From positions 1-34,251 of the forward strand of contig JBDRIG010000053.1 of the NCBI GenBank assembly GCA_043816185.1: DNA of 34,251 bases. Reading direction: 5' to 3'. Numbering within the stretch: position 1 is the stretch's first letter; each line of letters opens with the position of its first letter. The position numbers and the translations under genes are program-made. The notes under the pieces are model-generated. The model was given only the letters and a program-made list of their open reading frames with translations. It was not told the DNA's origin and searched no databases. The DNA is from Elusimicrobiota bacterium (GTDB lineage Bacteria; Elusimicrobiota; UBA8919). Positions 1 to 10,343 of this stretch are shown here, piece after piece.

Positions 1-772
1 TTATCGTCACTGTTCCTGTATCAATTATTGATTGGGCCGCATTGATTATAAGATTTTGAAGCATATGTTTAATTTTCTGCTGATCGATAGCAATTTCACC
101 ATCAAAATTATAATTTTTTACTATATTTATTTTTTGTTCATCTATTACCTTACATAATAAAGAACTTAAAATTTCTTCAATCAATGGAACGATTTTTACG
201 GGTATTTTGGTTACTTTTTTTGCTTTTGCAAAATCTAAAAGGTCAGAAATTATTCTATTAGATGACTCTATTTCATCATTTAATATTCTTAAGAAATTCT
301 CACATTGCTCATCTCCAGCAACCTTTTTTTTGAGAAGATACACAACGGTTTTCATCACTGCTAAAGGATTTCTTAATTCATGACTAATCACTGATGCAAG
401 TTTACCGATAGTAGCCAGCCTTTCCGTATTAGCAATCTTATCTTTTGCTTTTTCTAACTCTTCATATGTATATTGCAGCTCTTTGTACCAGCTGAGCAAT
501 TTTTCTTTTTCTTGCCTTTCTTTATCAACCAGTGTTTTATAATATTTTACTCGATATGCAGGTTCTTGAAGTATTGTTGCAAAGGTTGCTATGTAGCCAC
601 CTTTTTTTTTTAAACTTTCGCAGATTTTTTTAAATTCGTCTTCTGGATAAAATTTCTTTCTTTGTAATGATATATCTTTAATAGCATCGTATATAAACTT
701 TTCAGCCGCCTCTATACCTACCGACGGCTTCAACAATTCTACCACTACATCAATATTTATCTCCTCTTCCAT
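1..772 (-). CDS. Sensor histidine kinase (HisKA + HATPase_c), 3' end truncated by the window edge
   Basis: Not in the ORF track; hand translation from ATG at 772 gives MEEEINIDVVVELLKPSVG...ERLATIGKLASVISHELRNPLA (H-box)...QKIKHMLQNLIINAAQSI (N-box), open to position 1. Confidence 0.9.
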   Translation of the reverse strand, partial: MEEEINIDVVVELLKPSVGIEAAEKFIYDAIKDISLQRKKFYPEDEFKKICESLKKKGGYIATFATILQEPAYRVKYYKTLVDKERQEKEKLLSWYKELQYTYEELEKAKDKIANTERLATIGKLASVISHELRNPLAVMKTVVYLLKKKVAGDEQCENFLRILNDEIESSNRIISDLLDFAKAKKVTKIPVKIVPLIEEILSSLLCKVIDEQKINIVKNYNFDGEIAIDQQKIKHMLQNLIINAAQSIIDTGTVTI

Positions 773-882
773 TTTTTTTACCGTAAGGACACAGAAAAAA
801 GGCAGGATTAGGCTGTAGGTAGTAAAATTAAGTAAAAACAAAAAAAACCTAATTCTTAATTTTGTCTTCCTACTTCTTACCC

Positions 883-2076
883 TTAGTCGGGAAACAGTAA
901 GACCACAGTTGTGGTATTGTGAAATCCACTCAACTGGCCAAGTTCTAATGCAAACTCTCCGTATGTTTCAAATCCAATTAATGGGATATCGCCGATAACC
1001 TTTTTTATTTCTTCCACAGCTTTATAAAAATCGTCTCCTAAAAGTACGCCTCTTACTGCACAATCAAATACCATTGCACCTGCAAGTTTCACTCCACCTG
1101 TAGATTTTAATGCAGCTAAAGCAGCCTCCCCTGCGGAGCAAATTTGGTCTTGTTTTGAACTTTCCATAATCCTTACAACACACCCCTCGGGAATTGTGCA
1201 AGTAAATGTTAGATAATCTTTATTTATAGGTGGCACTATCCATCTTATTTTATATCCATCTCCTGTAAAAAGTCCAGGTGAGAATATCGCCGTACACTTA
1301 ACTAATTGTTCCTGAATATCATACATTTTCTCAGTATCTATTCCAAATTTTTTTGCTACTTCTTTAATGCATTCCAACCATACCTCTGTTGCGGGTTTAC
1401 CATCCAATTCGTAAACTTTGTTCCCATTGGCTTTTGTAACTCTAAACATATGGCTTATCGGATAATGGCCATGTTTCACTCCAATACTAACAGGTGTCTT
1501 AGAATTTACCAATGCCAAACTTACCGCATCTTCACTTACTACGTTACCGTTGAAAACTTTTGTTGATTTAAATTTATAGTCATCTCCAGCAGTGCCGCCA
1601 CTAACTTTTATATTAGTACCCAATTCTGTTAAAGGATTCAAAGAAACTTCTTCACCTTTTCCCGCTAATCCATCAGCTAACATTATAAGAGATGTGTATG
1701 GAAAATTTTCGGTTTTACATGGTAGTTTGTTAGCTGCCTCTCTAAAACATATAGTTTCGTCCTTTCTTAATCCACAGCCATGCCCAGTATAAAATTTGTG
1801 TGTTTGAGAAGAAATCACCCCGCAAGCCACACTACCAATCTCAACTTTTTTTTCGTTGAATACGCCCGCAGTTGTGCAACCAATAACTGGTGTATCCCCG
1901 ACAACACTTTTAATCCCTTCAAGTACAGATTTACAATCATAATCGCCAGATGTAAAAACGATACTAAAATCTACCGTCTTACAATTAGCATTTTCCATTG
2001 CTTGTTTTGCTGCTTGTTGACCTACAATGAAACTATCCTGACCTTTGCATATTGCTGTGCCAAATTTTGTATTCAT
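883..2076 (-). CDS. FIST N/C-domain sensory protein (NosP-like family)
   Basis: Motifs VIGCTTAG, GGTAGDD, VTKANGNKVYELDGKPA, FDCAVR, GFETYGE, FHNTT are typical of FIST_N + FIST_C; GGGAG Shine-Dalgarno (SD) upstream. Confidence 0.9.
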   Translation of the reverse strand: MNTKFGTAICKGQDSFIVGQQAAKQAMENANCKTVDFSIVFTSGDYDCKSVLEGIKSVVGDTPVIGCTTAGVFNEKKVEIGSVACGVISSQTHKFYTGHGCGLRKDETICFREAANKLPCKTENFPYTSLIMLADGLAGKGEEVSLNPLTELGTNIKVSGGTAGDDYKFKSTKVFNGNVVSEDAVSLALVNSKTPVSIGVKHGHYPISHMFRVTKANGNKVYELDGKPATEVWLECIKEVAKKFGIDTEKMYDIQEQLVKCTAIFSPGLFTGDGYKIRWIVPPINKDYLTFTCTIPEGCVVRIMESSKQDQICSAGEAALAALKSTGGVKLAGAMVFDCAVRGVLLGDDFYKAVEEIKKVIGDIPLIGFETYGEFALELGQLSGFHNTTTVVLLFPD

Positions 2077-2247
2077 AATTTTTCTCCCGATATAATCTGT
2101 AAAGACGGTTAATAGAGAATGAGTAATGGGGAACCAAATAGCGAGGAGGCCTCGCGACTACATTCGGTTTTCAATACCATAAATTGACAACAACAGCAAA
2201 TGGTCTTTTAACCGCAAGTATACACAGGGACTAAAAGAAGGACTAAA

Positions 2248-2290
2248 GGAGCTGTGTCACAATACAAAAAAATGATTGTAACACAACTCC
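2248..2290 (-). terminator. 16-bp stem/11-nt loop hairpin downstream of the 94-aa gene; arms resemble the MITE terminal repeat
   Basis: ggagctgtgtcacaat (2248-2263) and attgtaacacaactcc (2275-2290); both mismatches become U-G pairs on the minus strand; only a short U tract follows. Confidence 0.5.
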
Positions 2291-2353
2291 CTGAAGCCCA
2301 AGTTCCAATAAAACCCAACGTTTAATTCTCGACTCAATTTCAGATGCAACAAA

Positions 2354-2638
2354 CTATTCTTCTGTTGATTCGAGTTGAAATGTTATGTTCCCTGTAATAG
2401 GAGAAATAACATTATATAACCATACTATTGCCAATATTCCCACGACCATTATCAGGGTATACAGAACTACAAATATTAGCCATGCAAGTAATTTTCCACC
2501 AAATCCTAAACCAGCTGTTGCTGCCGCTGGGAAAAGAAAAAATGTAAAAATTCCAATAACTACACCAACCAACGCAAATATTGTTGACATCGTAGTCAAC
2601 ACCCATTTCATTTCCACTTTCTTTACTTCATATCGCAT
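2354..2638 (-). CDS. Small two-TM membrane protein (DUF3566-like)
   Basis: 94 aa, two hydrophobic helices, C-terminal WLYNVISPITGNITFQLE; strong AAGGAGG SD. Confidence 0.7.
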   Translation of the reverse strand: MRYEVKKVEMKWVLTTMSTIFALVGVVIGIFTFFLFPAAATAGLGFGGKLLAWLIFVVLYTLIMVVGILAIVWLYNVISPITGNITFQLESTEE

Positions 2639-2840
2639 ACTCTTAACCTCCTTTTAAAATCTATGTCGAACAAGGCTTTAGCCCTGCGACGACAAACAAA
2701 CCTCCCTACAGATTTCTGCGAAATTCAAACGCAGAGACAGATATAGAATTGATCTACCCATCAGCCACCTTACATCTTGCCCTATGGTGGCATTTGGGGC
2801 GGTGCACGAACTTTAAAAATTTGTTTATTCATATAGTAGT

Positions 2841-4040
2841 TTAATTTTTCATCTCTTGTTGAATTTTATTATTTTCGTATACAATTACTTTATTTCTACC
2901 TAATTTTTTTGCCTCATACAATGCTTGATCTGCAAGTTCCAAAAGTTTTCTTGGCTCCTTAGTATCGTTGGGAGAAGTGGAGATACCAGCACTTATTGAA
3001 AGTCTGCCGTCAGGCTGATTACACCTGTATTCAAATGGATATCTTTCAACATCATACCTTAATTTTTCCAAGATTTTCGTTGCACCATGTTTATCCGTAG
3101 CGGGTAGTATTATTGCAAATTCTTCGCCACCATATCTCGCAGCAATATCGGTTTTTCTTATACTTTGTAAAATTACTTGTGCTATTTGTTTAAGACAAAT
3201 ATCGCCCGCAAGATGGCCATTTGTGTCATTATAATTCTTAAAAAAATCTATATCAATTATCGCTAAAGACATGTAGCTATTATACCTCTTTGCTAATTCT
3301 AATTCTTCTCTTATTTCTTGCTGAAAAAATCTATAATTATAAAGATGTGTAAGTTCATCTATAGTTGACAATTCTTGTATTTTTGAATAAAGTTGTGCAT
3401 TTTGTAAAGCAACTGCTACTTGATTTGAAACAGTTGTAAGTGCTTTTAAATGTTGCGATGTAATATCAATCTTTACCCCGCTATTACCTACAATAATTAT
3501 ACCAAGTATTTTATTCTGAATAACAAGTGGCAAAAGAACGCATTGCTTTAATTGAAGTTTGCCCACTATTTCTCTATCTACTAAATAATTTAATTCTGTG
3601 CCAGAAACCACTACTGGCAACATTGACTTGATGGTTTGAACTATAATTCTATTCTGGTCTTCCGGTATGAATGAATATTTTTTTATGCCTCCCAATGATA
3701 GCACATTTTTTGTTGCAATACAAGTGAGCGTATTATCTTTTTCTATTAAATAAATAAACGCGGAATCAAAATATTTCTCCGCAGATAAAATATCTATTAC
3801 TAATGGTAAAAGTTTACTAATATTTGTTGTCGTAATTAATGCTTGAATAACTTCGTTTGTTTTTGTTAATCTTTGCTTTATTAACGTTTTTTCCCTGCTA
3901 AGTCGCTTAATTTTATGATATTGATATATCAAAAACAAAAAAGCAATAGATAAACTAATATAATGGTGTAAGGGTATTATTGGACCTAAAATTTCAATAA
4001 AAGATATGGCAAATAAAAACAAAGAAATTACTATTATCAT
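2841..4040 (-). CDS. Membrane-anchored GAF-GGDEF diguanylate cyclase
   Basis: N-terminal TM helices, GAF, then DELTHLYN, DIDFFKNYNDTNGHLAGD, RKTD I-site and ARYGGEEF. ATG at 4040 (1 nt after the upstream stop) preferred over TTG at 4052. Confidence 0.92.
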   Translation of the reverse strand: MIIVISLFLFAISFIEILGPIIPLHHYISLSIAFLFLIYQYHKIKRLSREKTLIKQRLTKTNEVIQALITTTNISKLLPLVIDILSAEKYFDSAFIYLIEKDNTLTCIATKNVLSLGGIKKYSFIPEDQNRIIVQTIKSMLPVVVSGTELNYLVDREIVGKLQLKQCVLLPLVIQNKILGIIIVGNSGVKIDITSQHLKALTTVSNQVAVALQNAQLYSKIQELSTIDELTHLYNYRFFQQEIREELELAKRYNSYMSLAIIDIDFFKNYNDTNGHLAGDICLKQIAQVILQSIRKTDIAARYGGEEFAIILPATDKHGATKILEKLRYDVERYPFEYRCNQPDGRLSISAGISTSPNDTKEPRKLLELADQALYEAKKLGRNKVIVYENNKIQQEMKN

Positions 4041-4041
4041 T

Positions 4042-4401
4042 TTAACTGCCAAGTATTTTCTTTATTCTATCTTTTAAATCATCTAAATCAACAGGCTTAA
4101 TTATATAGTCCGATACTTTGGATGCCCATACTTCGTACTCAGTTTTAAAAGAATCATATGCAGTGCACATTATTATTGGTACTTTTGTAAATTTTCTCCT
4201 TACAACTTCAAGAAGTTTTAATCCACTCATATCTGGCAATTTAATGTCTAATATAATCAAGTCTGGCACTTCTACTTCTATCAAATCAAGACATTGCTTG
4301 CCCGTTTTTGCAACAAAAATCTTGTAGCCCGCTTCCGTTAACTCATCATAAACTACTTCCACAAATGATTTCTCGTCTTCTGCCATAATTATGGTTTTCA
4401 T
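4042..4401 (-). CDS. Single-domain response regulator (CheY-like receiver)
   Basis: AEDE acidic pocket, DLIILDIKLP phosphoacceptor, CTA, KP. ATG at 4401 has a GGAG SD (ORF track starts at GTG 4413). Confidence 0.92.
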   Translation of the reverse strand: MKTIIMAEDEKSFVEVVYDELTEAGYKIFVAKTGKQCLDLIEVEVPDLIILDIKLPDMSGLKLLEVVRRKFTKVPIIMCTAYDSFKTEYEVWASKVSDYIIKPVDLDDLKDRIKKILGS

Positions 4402-4500
4402 TGTTGGCTCCACAAAAATCGTCGAGGATCGCTTACAGGAAAATATGTAAAATAATTTACTCTCCTGTTTCTTTATTCTCCTACTCCCTACCTCTCGAAC

Positions 4501-6036
4501 CTAATTTTTATTAGGGATTATTATCCTAAACGTTGCGCCGTGCTCCAAATTGGTTTCTACTTCTATTTTGCCATTATGCGATTCTACTATCCTGTGACAT
4601 ATTGTTAGTCCCAGTCCTATGCCGTCTGATTTCGTAGTAAAAAATGGTTCAAATATTTTCTCTATGTTTTCTTTGGATATGCCACAACCAGTGTCCGATA
4701 TTTCAATAACAAAATTACCATTACTTTGCAAGGTTGATACTTTTATTTCTTTATTATCTTTATCGGTCATAAAATGTGAAGCATTCTGAATCATATTTAG
4801 CAAAACTTGTCTCATTAATGCTGGATCCAATTTAACTTGCGTTATGCTCGGTTCAAGTAATTTTTTAAGCCGAATTTGCAATAATGTCATTTCTGGTTTT
4901 AAGAAATACAAAATTTCTTCTATAAGTTTGTTTATATCAGTTGATTGAATCTGCGGTGCTGGTTCCTTCGTGAGTGTTAGTAAATTTTTAACCACCCGAT
5001 CCAAACGATCTGATTCTTGCATAATATAATTTGTATATTTTTTGTTAGGGTCATCATCAACCATTTTTTTACCTATTCTCTGCACGCTTGCTCTTATTGA
5101 CGATAATGGATTTCTTACTTCGTGTGCTACTATTGCTGCCATTTCACCTAACGCCGATAATCGTTCTGCTTTTATAAGTCGTTTCTGTGCTGATATTAAT
5201 TTTTCCTTAGCTATTTTTATCTGTCGTTTTAATTCTTCTGTAAAACTTCTTTCAAGTTCAAACAATCGAGCGTTATCAATTGCTAAACCGGCCTGATTCG
5301 TAAATATAGAAGCTGCTCTTATGTCCCTTTCTTCTATTTTTTTCTGCGAAACAGTATTATCCACAAGAAGCAGTCCTATTACCCTATCTTTTAACATTAA
5401 CGGTATGGCAGACAAAAGTTCAGGCTTTATACCACTATATAATTCGCTAAAATTACTAGGCAAGGAACTGTTGTCTATTTCCGTATAAATTTTTGGCCTT
5501 GCTTCAATTACTGTTTTTATGATAAAATTGTTTTCATCTTCTGTGGATATAATTAATTTTTTAAGTTCAGAATCTGTAATTCCTATACCTTTTTTTGGTG
5601 TAAGTGTGTGGTCATCTAAAAGAAAAATTATTATTCTATCAAAATCTAATTCTTTTTTTAATGCATCAATTATAAGATCGAGAATTTTACTAAGATCAAA
5701 TATAGATATCATCGCTCTACTAATGTGATAAAATATGGTTAGTGTTTCGGTTTTTTGTTTGAGCATTTTAGTTTTTTCTTCCAATTCTTTATTTAATCTT
5801 TCAAGTAGATTTTTTGTTTCCTCATATTTTTCTTGAAAAATAATTTGACTTATTACATATCTTTTTAATGGCTTAAATATAAAAATTAATATAATCGATG
5901 TCAATGTAATTGAAATTAAAGTAGAGACAACTACTGAAAACCAAGGAGATGCTTTAAATAAGTATCTTAATGTAACAGATAAGACAATACTTAAAAGAAT
6001 TGTGTACACTGTTAACCAATAGATTTTCTTGACCAT
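4501..6036 (-). CDS. Membrane GAF-domain sensor histidine kinase (NtrB-like)
   Basis: Two N-terminal TM helices, GAF, AHEVRNPL H-box, QVLLNMIQNA N-box, DTGCGI G1, FEPFFTTK F-box, GIGLGL G2. Confidence 0.93.
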   Translation of the reverse strand: MVKKIYWLTVYTILLSIVLSVTLRYLFKASPWFSVVVSTLISITLTSIILIFIFKPLKRYVISQIIFQEKYEETKNLLERLNKELEEKTKMLKQKTETLTIFYHISRAMISIFDLSKILDLIIDALKKELDFDRIIIFLLDDHTLTPKKGIGITDSELKKLIISTEDENNFIIKTVIEARPKIYTEIDNSSLPSNFSELYSGIKPELLSAIPLMLKDRVIGLLLVDNTVSQKKIEERDIRAASIFTNQAGLAIDNARLFELERSFTEELKRQIKIAKEKLISAQKRLIKAERLSALGEMAAIVAHEVRNPLSSIRASVQRIGKKMVDDDPNKKYTNYIMQESDRLDRVVKNLLTLTKEPAPQIQSTDINKLIEEILYFLKPEMTLLQIRLKKLLEPSITQVKLDPALMRQVLLNMIQNASHFMTDKDNKEIKVSTLQSNGNFVIEISDTGCGISKENIEKIFEPFFTTKSDGIGLGLTICHRIVESHNGKIEVETNLEHGATFRIIIPNKN

Positions 6037-6138
6037 AGATTTATCAATATATGTTACAATATGCCGATATGCGAATATGCGAAAAAATAAAAACGCTGAT
6101 GCGATTATATGTTGATATAGTTTTTTCTATACCACATT

Positions 6139-6255
6139 CAGACTGTGTCACAATGAGCTAAAAAGTTGCATTTTTATAGAAGATAGCAACTGATGGTAAA
6201 GTATGGTACTGCAATCCAACACTAGATGGTAAAAGATGGATTACGACACAGTCTG
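6139..6255. mobile_element. 117-bp MITE-like element, copy 1
   Basis: Terminal inverted repeats cagactgtgtcacaat / attacgacacagtctg; flanked by att on both sides; 114/117 identical to 19838-19954. Confidence 0.8.
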
Positions 6256-6313
6256 ATTATCGCTATATTGCCATCGCTACCTTATACTACTATATCATCA
6301 ATACTTATCCGAC

Positions 6314-7417
6314 CTATGCGATTGTTTTTTCCGTTTTTATGTCAAACATGTGTACTTTATCCATATCAAACACAACCTCAATATCCTGATTAATTTCTGC
6401 TTTATTATAAGCATCTACTCTTGCTATAAATGTATTTTTGCCTGTTGTAAGATATAAATATTTTTCTGCACCTACTGGTTCCACAACTTCAACGGTAACC
6501 ATTACTGTCTTCCCCTCTGTTCCAATACTTGAATAAAATAACTTGTCGTGTATGTGTTCTGGTCTTATGCCGAAAGTAACTTTTTTATTTATATATTCTT
6601 CCAGTGGTGCCACCATTTTTTTGTTTGCTTCAACCACAAAGGTTCCCTCGTCAAGATATATTTTATCATCTTTTTTTACTACCGTACATTCTATAAAATT
6701 TGTCGATGGGGAACCAATAAACCCTGCTACAAACTTATTTGCCGGGCTATGATAAATGGTAAACGGATCTGCTGCTTGGTGTATGACTCCATTTTTTATC
6801 ACCACAACTTTATCTCCCATTGTCATTGCCTCTATCTGGTCGTGGGTAACATATATTATTGTTGATTGAAGCTGTTGATGTAGTTTCTTAATTTCTGTGC
6901 GCATTTGAAATCTTAACTTTGCATCAAGATTTGATAGTGGCTCATCAAATAAAAACACTTTTGGTTTTCTAACAATCGCCCTACCTACCGCTACTCGCTG
7001 TTTCTGTCCACCTGAAAGTTGTTTAGGCAATCTATCCATTAGTTTTTCTAACTCTAACATTTTCGCAATTTTTTCCACTCTTTCCGTTATGTCCTTTTTA
7101 GAATATCCTTTGAGTTTAAGTGCAAACGCCATATTTTTCCGTACAGTCATATGTGGATATAAAGCATAACTCTGAAATACCATTGCTATATCTCTATCTT
7201 TAGGTAGCTTATTGTTAATTAATTTACCGTCAATATAAATCTCACCTTCTGACGGATCCTCCAATCCCGCTATCATTCGCAAGATTGTTGTTTTACCACA
7301 ACCCGACGGTCCCAACAATACACAGAACTCCTTGTCGTTTATTTCTAAATCAATGTTTTTTACTACCTGTGTCTTACCAAACGCTTTACATACATTTTTA
7401 AGCATTACATGTGCCAT
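6314..7417 (-). CDS. Sugar ABC transporter ATP-binding subunit (MalK/MsmX/UgpC family)
   Basis: GPSGCGKT Walker A, VFQSYALYPHM, LSGGQ, DEPLSNLD, YVTHDQ, C-terminal TOBE; AGGAGG SD. Confidence 0.95.
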   Translation of the reverse strand: MAHVMLKNVCKAFGKTQVVKNIDLEINDKEFCVLLGPSGCGKTTILRMIAGLEDPSEGEIYIDGKLINNKLPKDRDIAMVFQSYALYPHMTVRKNMAFALKLKGYSKKDITERVEKIAKMLELEKLMDRLPKQLSGGQKQRVAVGRAIVRKPKVFLFDEPLSNLDAKLRFQMRTEIKKLHQQLQSTIIYVTHDQIEAMTMGDKVVVIKNGVIHQAADPFTIYHSPANKFVAGFIGSPSTNFIECTVVKKDDKIYLDEGTFVVEANKKMVAPLEEYINKKVTFGIRPEHIHDKLFYSSIGTEGKTVMVTVEVVEPVGAEKYLYLTTGKNTFIARVDAYNKAEINQDIEVVFDMDKVHMFDIKTEKTIA

Positions 7418-7420
7418 TTT

Positions 7421-9781
7421 TTACTTCCTCCTATGTTGGTTCTTGTTGATAATTTTTTCAACAATCATCACCTTAACATTGCATTCTTTTTTCTTTCCGT
7501 TATACGGTATCACATCGCCTTCCATTTCCTTGCCATCAACATAAATTTTCTTGGTTTTGTTTATTGTACCATCTTTGAAAATCTCGATATTATATGTTGT
7601 ATTGCGAAACGGTCTTACGATTTTCACCCTCTTAAATTCTGATGGAAGTGCAGGATCAATTATTAATCCTTCATACGATGCTCTTATACCCAGAATCCGC
7701 TCCATAGTAACTTTAAATAACCATTGTGCAGAACCAGTATACCAAGACCAACCGCCCTGACAAAAAAGTTCGCTTTCAGGTCCATAAATATCACCACAGG
7801 TAACATATGGCTCTGTTTTATATTTGTCTGGTTCTAAACTGCAATATATAGTATTTAATTGTTTATATATCTGAGAAACCTTATCCAATCTTTTTAATTT
7901 GCACTCCATAAGCAATGCCCAGCAAGCAGCGTGAACATATACGGCACCGTTTTCTCGTGACGCTGGCGCATACTCAGTTATATAACCAATTGTAGGATCG
8001 GGTTTTTTATATGCAGGGTAGAGCAAAATTGGACCACACTCACGATAAAGATACTTGTCGACTGAATTTAACATTTTTTTTATTTTCTGTTCATCAGTAA
8101 TTATATCATTTATTATCGCCCATGTTTGTGCATTAAGATATATTTTTCCCTCTTTATTATTTTTACTCCCAATCGGCTCACCATTATCTTTTGTTGCAGC
8201 ATAAAACCAATTGCCATCCCAAGTGTATTTATTTATATTTTCTTTTAATCTCTGTGATATTTTTAAATAATTTTTAGAATCTAACTTTAGATGTTCGCAC
8301 ATTTTAACCCAATCGTTTAATATCCCATGCAAAAAATGCCCAAGCCACACACTTTCACCCTTCCAATCCTTTCCAACCGCCGACAAACCATCGTTCCAAT
8401 CGCCTTCGCCAATAAAAGGCAATCCTCGTTTTGAAAATCTTTTAATTACTAAATTTATTGATAGTTCACAGTGTTCATATAAACTTATTTTTTCTTTTTT
8501 ATCTACGAACTCTATTTTTTCTTTTAAGATAGAAAAATCGTTAGTCTCCTTTAAATATTCCAATACGGCAAACGGTAACCACAAGACGGTATCTGAATGC
8601 TTGCTTCTCGGTCCAGTTTCCGTTATAGGATGCCACCAGTGATACACGGTTCCATCGGAAAACTGATGTTTTGCGTGAAGTAGTATCTGTTTTTTTGTAA
8701 GTTCTGGATTAAACGACAAATAAATCAAACTATCTTGCAGCTGGTCTCTAAATCCAATTCCACCAGCAGGCTGAAAATACCCCGTTCTCGCATTTATTCT
8801 GCATGATATTGTTTGATATTTCAACCATGTGTTTGTCAAAAAATCCATTTTTTTATCTTGTGTTTCAATTTTTGTTTTTGATAACATTGTTTGCCAATAT
8901 TTTTTCGTTTCGTCAAAAATTTGATTATACTCTTTATTATACTTGTCAACCAATTTCTTTGCTAAAATTTTATTTTTACTAAGACCGACGGTAAATACAA
9001 CTACTTTCTCTTCTTCTGGCAAAAATTCCATCTCCAAATTAAAACAGGAAACAGGATCAACATATCTACCAACAGCAGAATCAAGATTTTTGCTATTTAC
9101 TCCCTGCGGCGAATAAATATTACCATACTTACCTATAAAATTTTCTTTATTAGTCGTAAATGATGCTGGCTTAATAGAACAACTACTAAAAGAAAATATA
9201 TCAATTAAAGAATTTACTTTTTTCGCAAAGATAATATTATTGTCACAACTGGTCTCAATGAAAAATTTGTGAAACTCGTTATGATTACCACCTACATCTC
9301 TTAAAAACCACTCAAAATATGAATAAAAATTAAGTGTTTTTTTTGTTTTATTTTTATTTTTAATCTTCAAGATATAAACTTCTATTTTATCTTCGGGTGG
9401 AACGAACGCCGTTAACTCGGTATAAATATTGTTAATCTCTGACGATATTATGGTATAGCCAATTCCGTGACGACATTCATAAAAACTATAATTTTGACCC
9501 ATAGGTTTATGGGTAACCGACCATAGTTTTTCCTCATCCTTTACGTATATAAATTTTCCGAATTCTTCTTTGACAAGATCCTGCTCCCAGTGATTTATGC
9601 GAAATAATGCTGGATTTTTATAAAAAGAATATCCTGTTCCCAACTGTGAAATGACCATTCCATAATCATTGGGACAAATTATGTTTACCCATGGCTTTGG
9701 CGTGAATGGCGTTGTTATTACATACTCTGTTCCATCTTCATTAAAATATCCGTACTTCGTCTCAAAAAGTTTTTTTGTCAT
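7421..9781 (-). CDS. GH94 glycoside phosphorylase (candidate beta-1,2-oligoglucan/sophorose phosphorylase)
   Basis: YGYFNEDGTEYVI, TPKPWVN, GFRDQLQD, GDWNDGL, GESVWLG, RENGAVYVHA, GGWSWYTGSA. Family is firm; specificity inferred from context. Confidence 0.88.
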   Translation of the reverse strand: MTKKLFETKYGYFNEDGTEYVITTPFTPKPWVNIICPNDYGMVISQLGTGYSFYKNPALFRINHWEQDLVKEEFGKFIYVKDEEKLWSVTHKPMGQNYSFYECRHGIGYTIISSEINNIYTELTAFVPPEDKIEVYILKIKNKNKTKKTLNFYSYFEWFLRDVGGNHNEFHKFFIETSCDNNIIFAKKVNSLIDIFSFSSCSIKPASFTTNKENFIGKYGNIYSPQGVNSKNLDSAVGRYVDPVSCFNLEMEFLPEEEKVVVFTVGLSKNKILAKKLVDKYNKEYNQIFDETKKYWQTMLSKTKIETQDKKMDFLTNTWLKYQTISCRINARTGYFQPAGGIGFRDQLQDSLIYLSFNPELTKKQILLHAKHQFSDGTVYHWWHPITETGPRSKHSDTVLWLPFAVLEYLKETNDFSILKEKIEFVDKKEKISLYEHCELSINLVIKRFSKRGLPFIGEGDWNDGLSAVGKDWKGESVWLGHFLHGILNDWVKMCEHLKLDSKNYLKISQRLKENINKYTWDGNWFYAATKDNGEPIGSKNNKEGKIYLNAQTWAIINDIITDEQKIKKMLNSVDKYLYRECGPILLYPAYKKPDPTIGYITEYAPASRENGAVYVHAACWALLMECKLKRLDKVSQIYKQLNTIYCSLEPDKYKTEPYVTCGDIYGPESELFCQGGWSWYTGSAQWLFKVTMERILGIRASYEGLIIDPALPSEFKRVKIVRPFRNTTYNIEIFKDGTINKTKKIYVDGKEMEGDVIPYNGKKKECNVKVMIVEKIINKNQHRRK

Positions 9782-9886
9782 AAATTAGTGTACTTCATTC
9801 GTTAATTGATTATATGTTGGCTAACGATACGTTCCGTGTTTTATGTATATTATTATACAGCGTACTGTTAGATAACAGATAACAAA

Positions 9887-10279
9887 TTATTCACCGATAA
9901 ATTCTTTAATTTTTTCAATCAACTTCTCAAAATTTATTGGCTTGGGCATAACAAATATTTTGCCTCCATGCTTATCTACTTGTTTTTCAATAATTACTTT
10001 CACTACATCTTCAGGTGATGTACATGATATAGTAATAACTGGGATAAATACCGTATCGGTAGATATTTTCAATCTATCTAAAACTATATACCCGCCTCCT
10101 GCTGGTAACATTATGTCTAAGATAATTAAATCAGGTTTTTCTTGATGCGCCACCCTTACGCCTTGCATTCCATCAAATGCAATCACCACTTTATATCCTG
10201 CGGTTTGTAATCTATCTTTTAGCAATTCAATAATACTTTCATCGTCGTCAATGACAAGAATCTTGCGTTCTTTTGCCAT
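9887..10279 (-). CDS. Single-domain response regulator
   Basis: ILVIDDD, DLIILDIMLP, KP. ATG at 10279 has a GGAGG SD (ORF track starts at 10297). Confidence 0.88.
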   Translation of the reverse strand: MAKERKILVIDDDESIIELLKDRLQTAGYKVVIAFDGMQGVRVAHQEKPDLIILDIMLPAGGGYIVLDRLKISTDTVFIPVITISCTSPEDVVKVIIEKQVDKHGGKIFVMPKPINFEKLIEKIKEFIGE

Positions 10280-10343
10280 ATACAAAACCTCCCGCATATG
10301 AGGAAAACAATGTAATCTGATATTGTTAAAAAACTCAACAATT

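Noticed and set aside
7421..9781. Cyclic beta-1,2-glucan synthase (Cgs/NdvB)
   Set aside because: Only a stand-alone ~790-aa GH94 is present; no GT84 or membrane domains.
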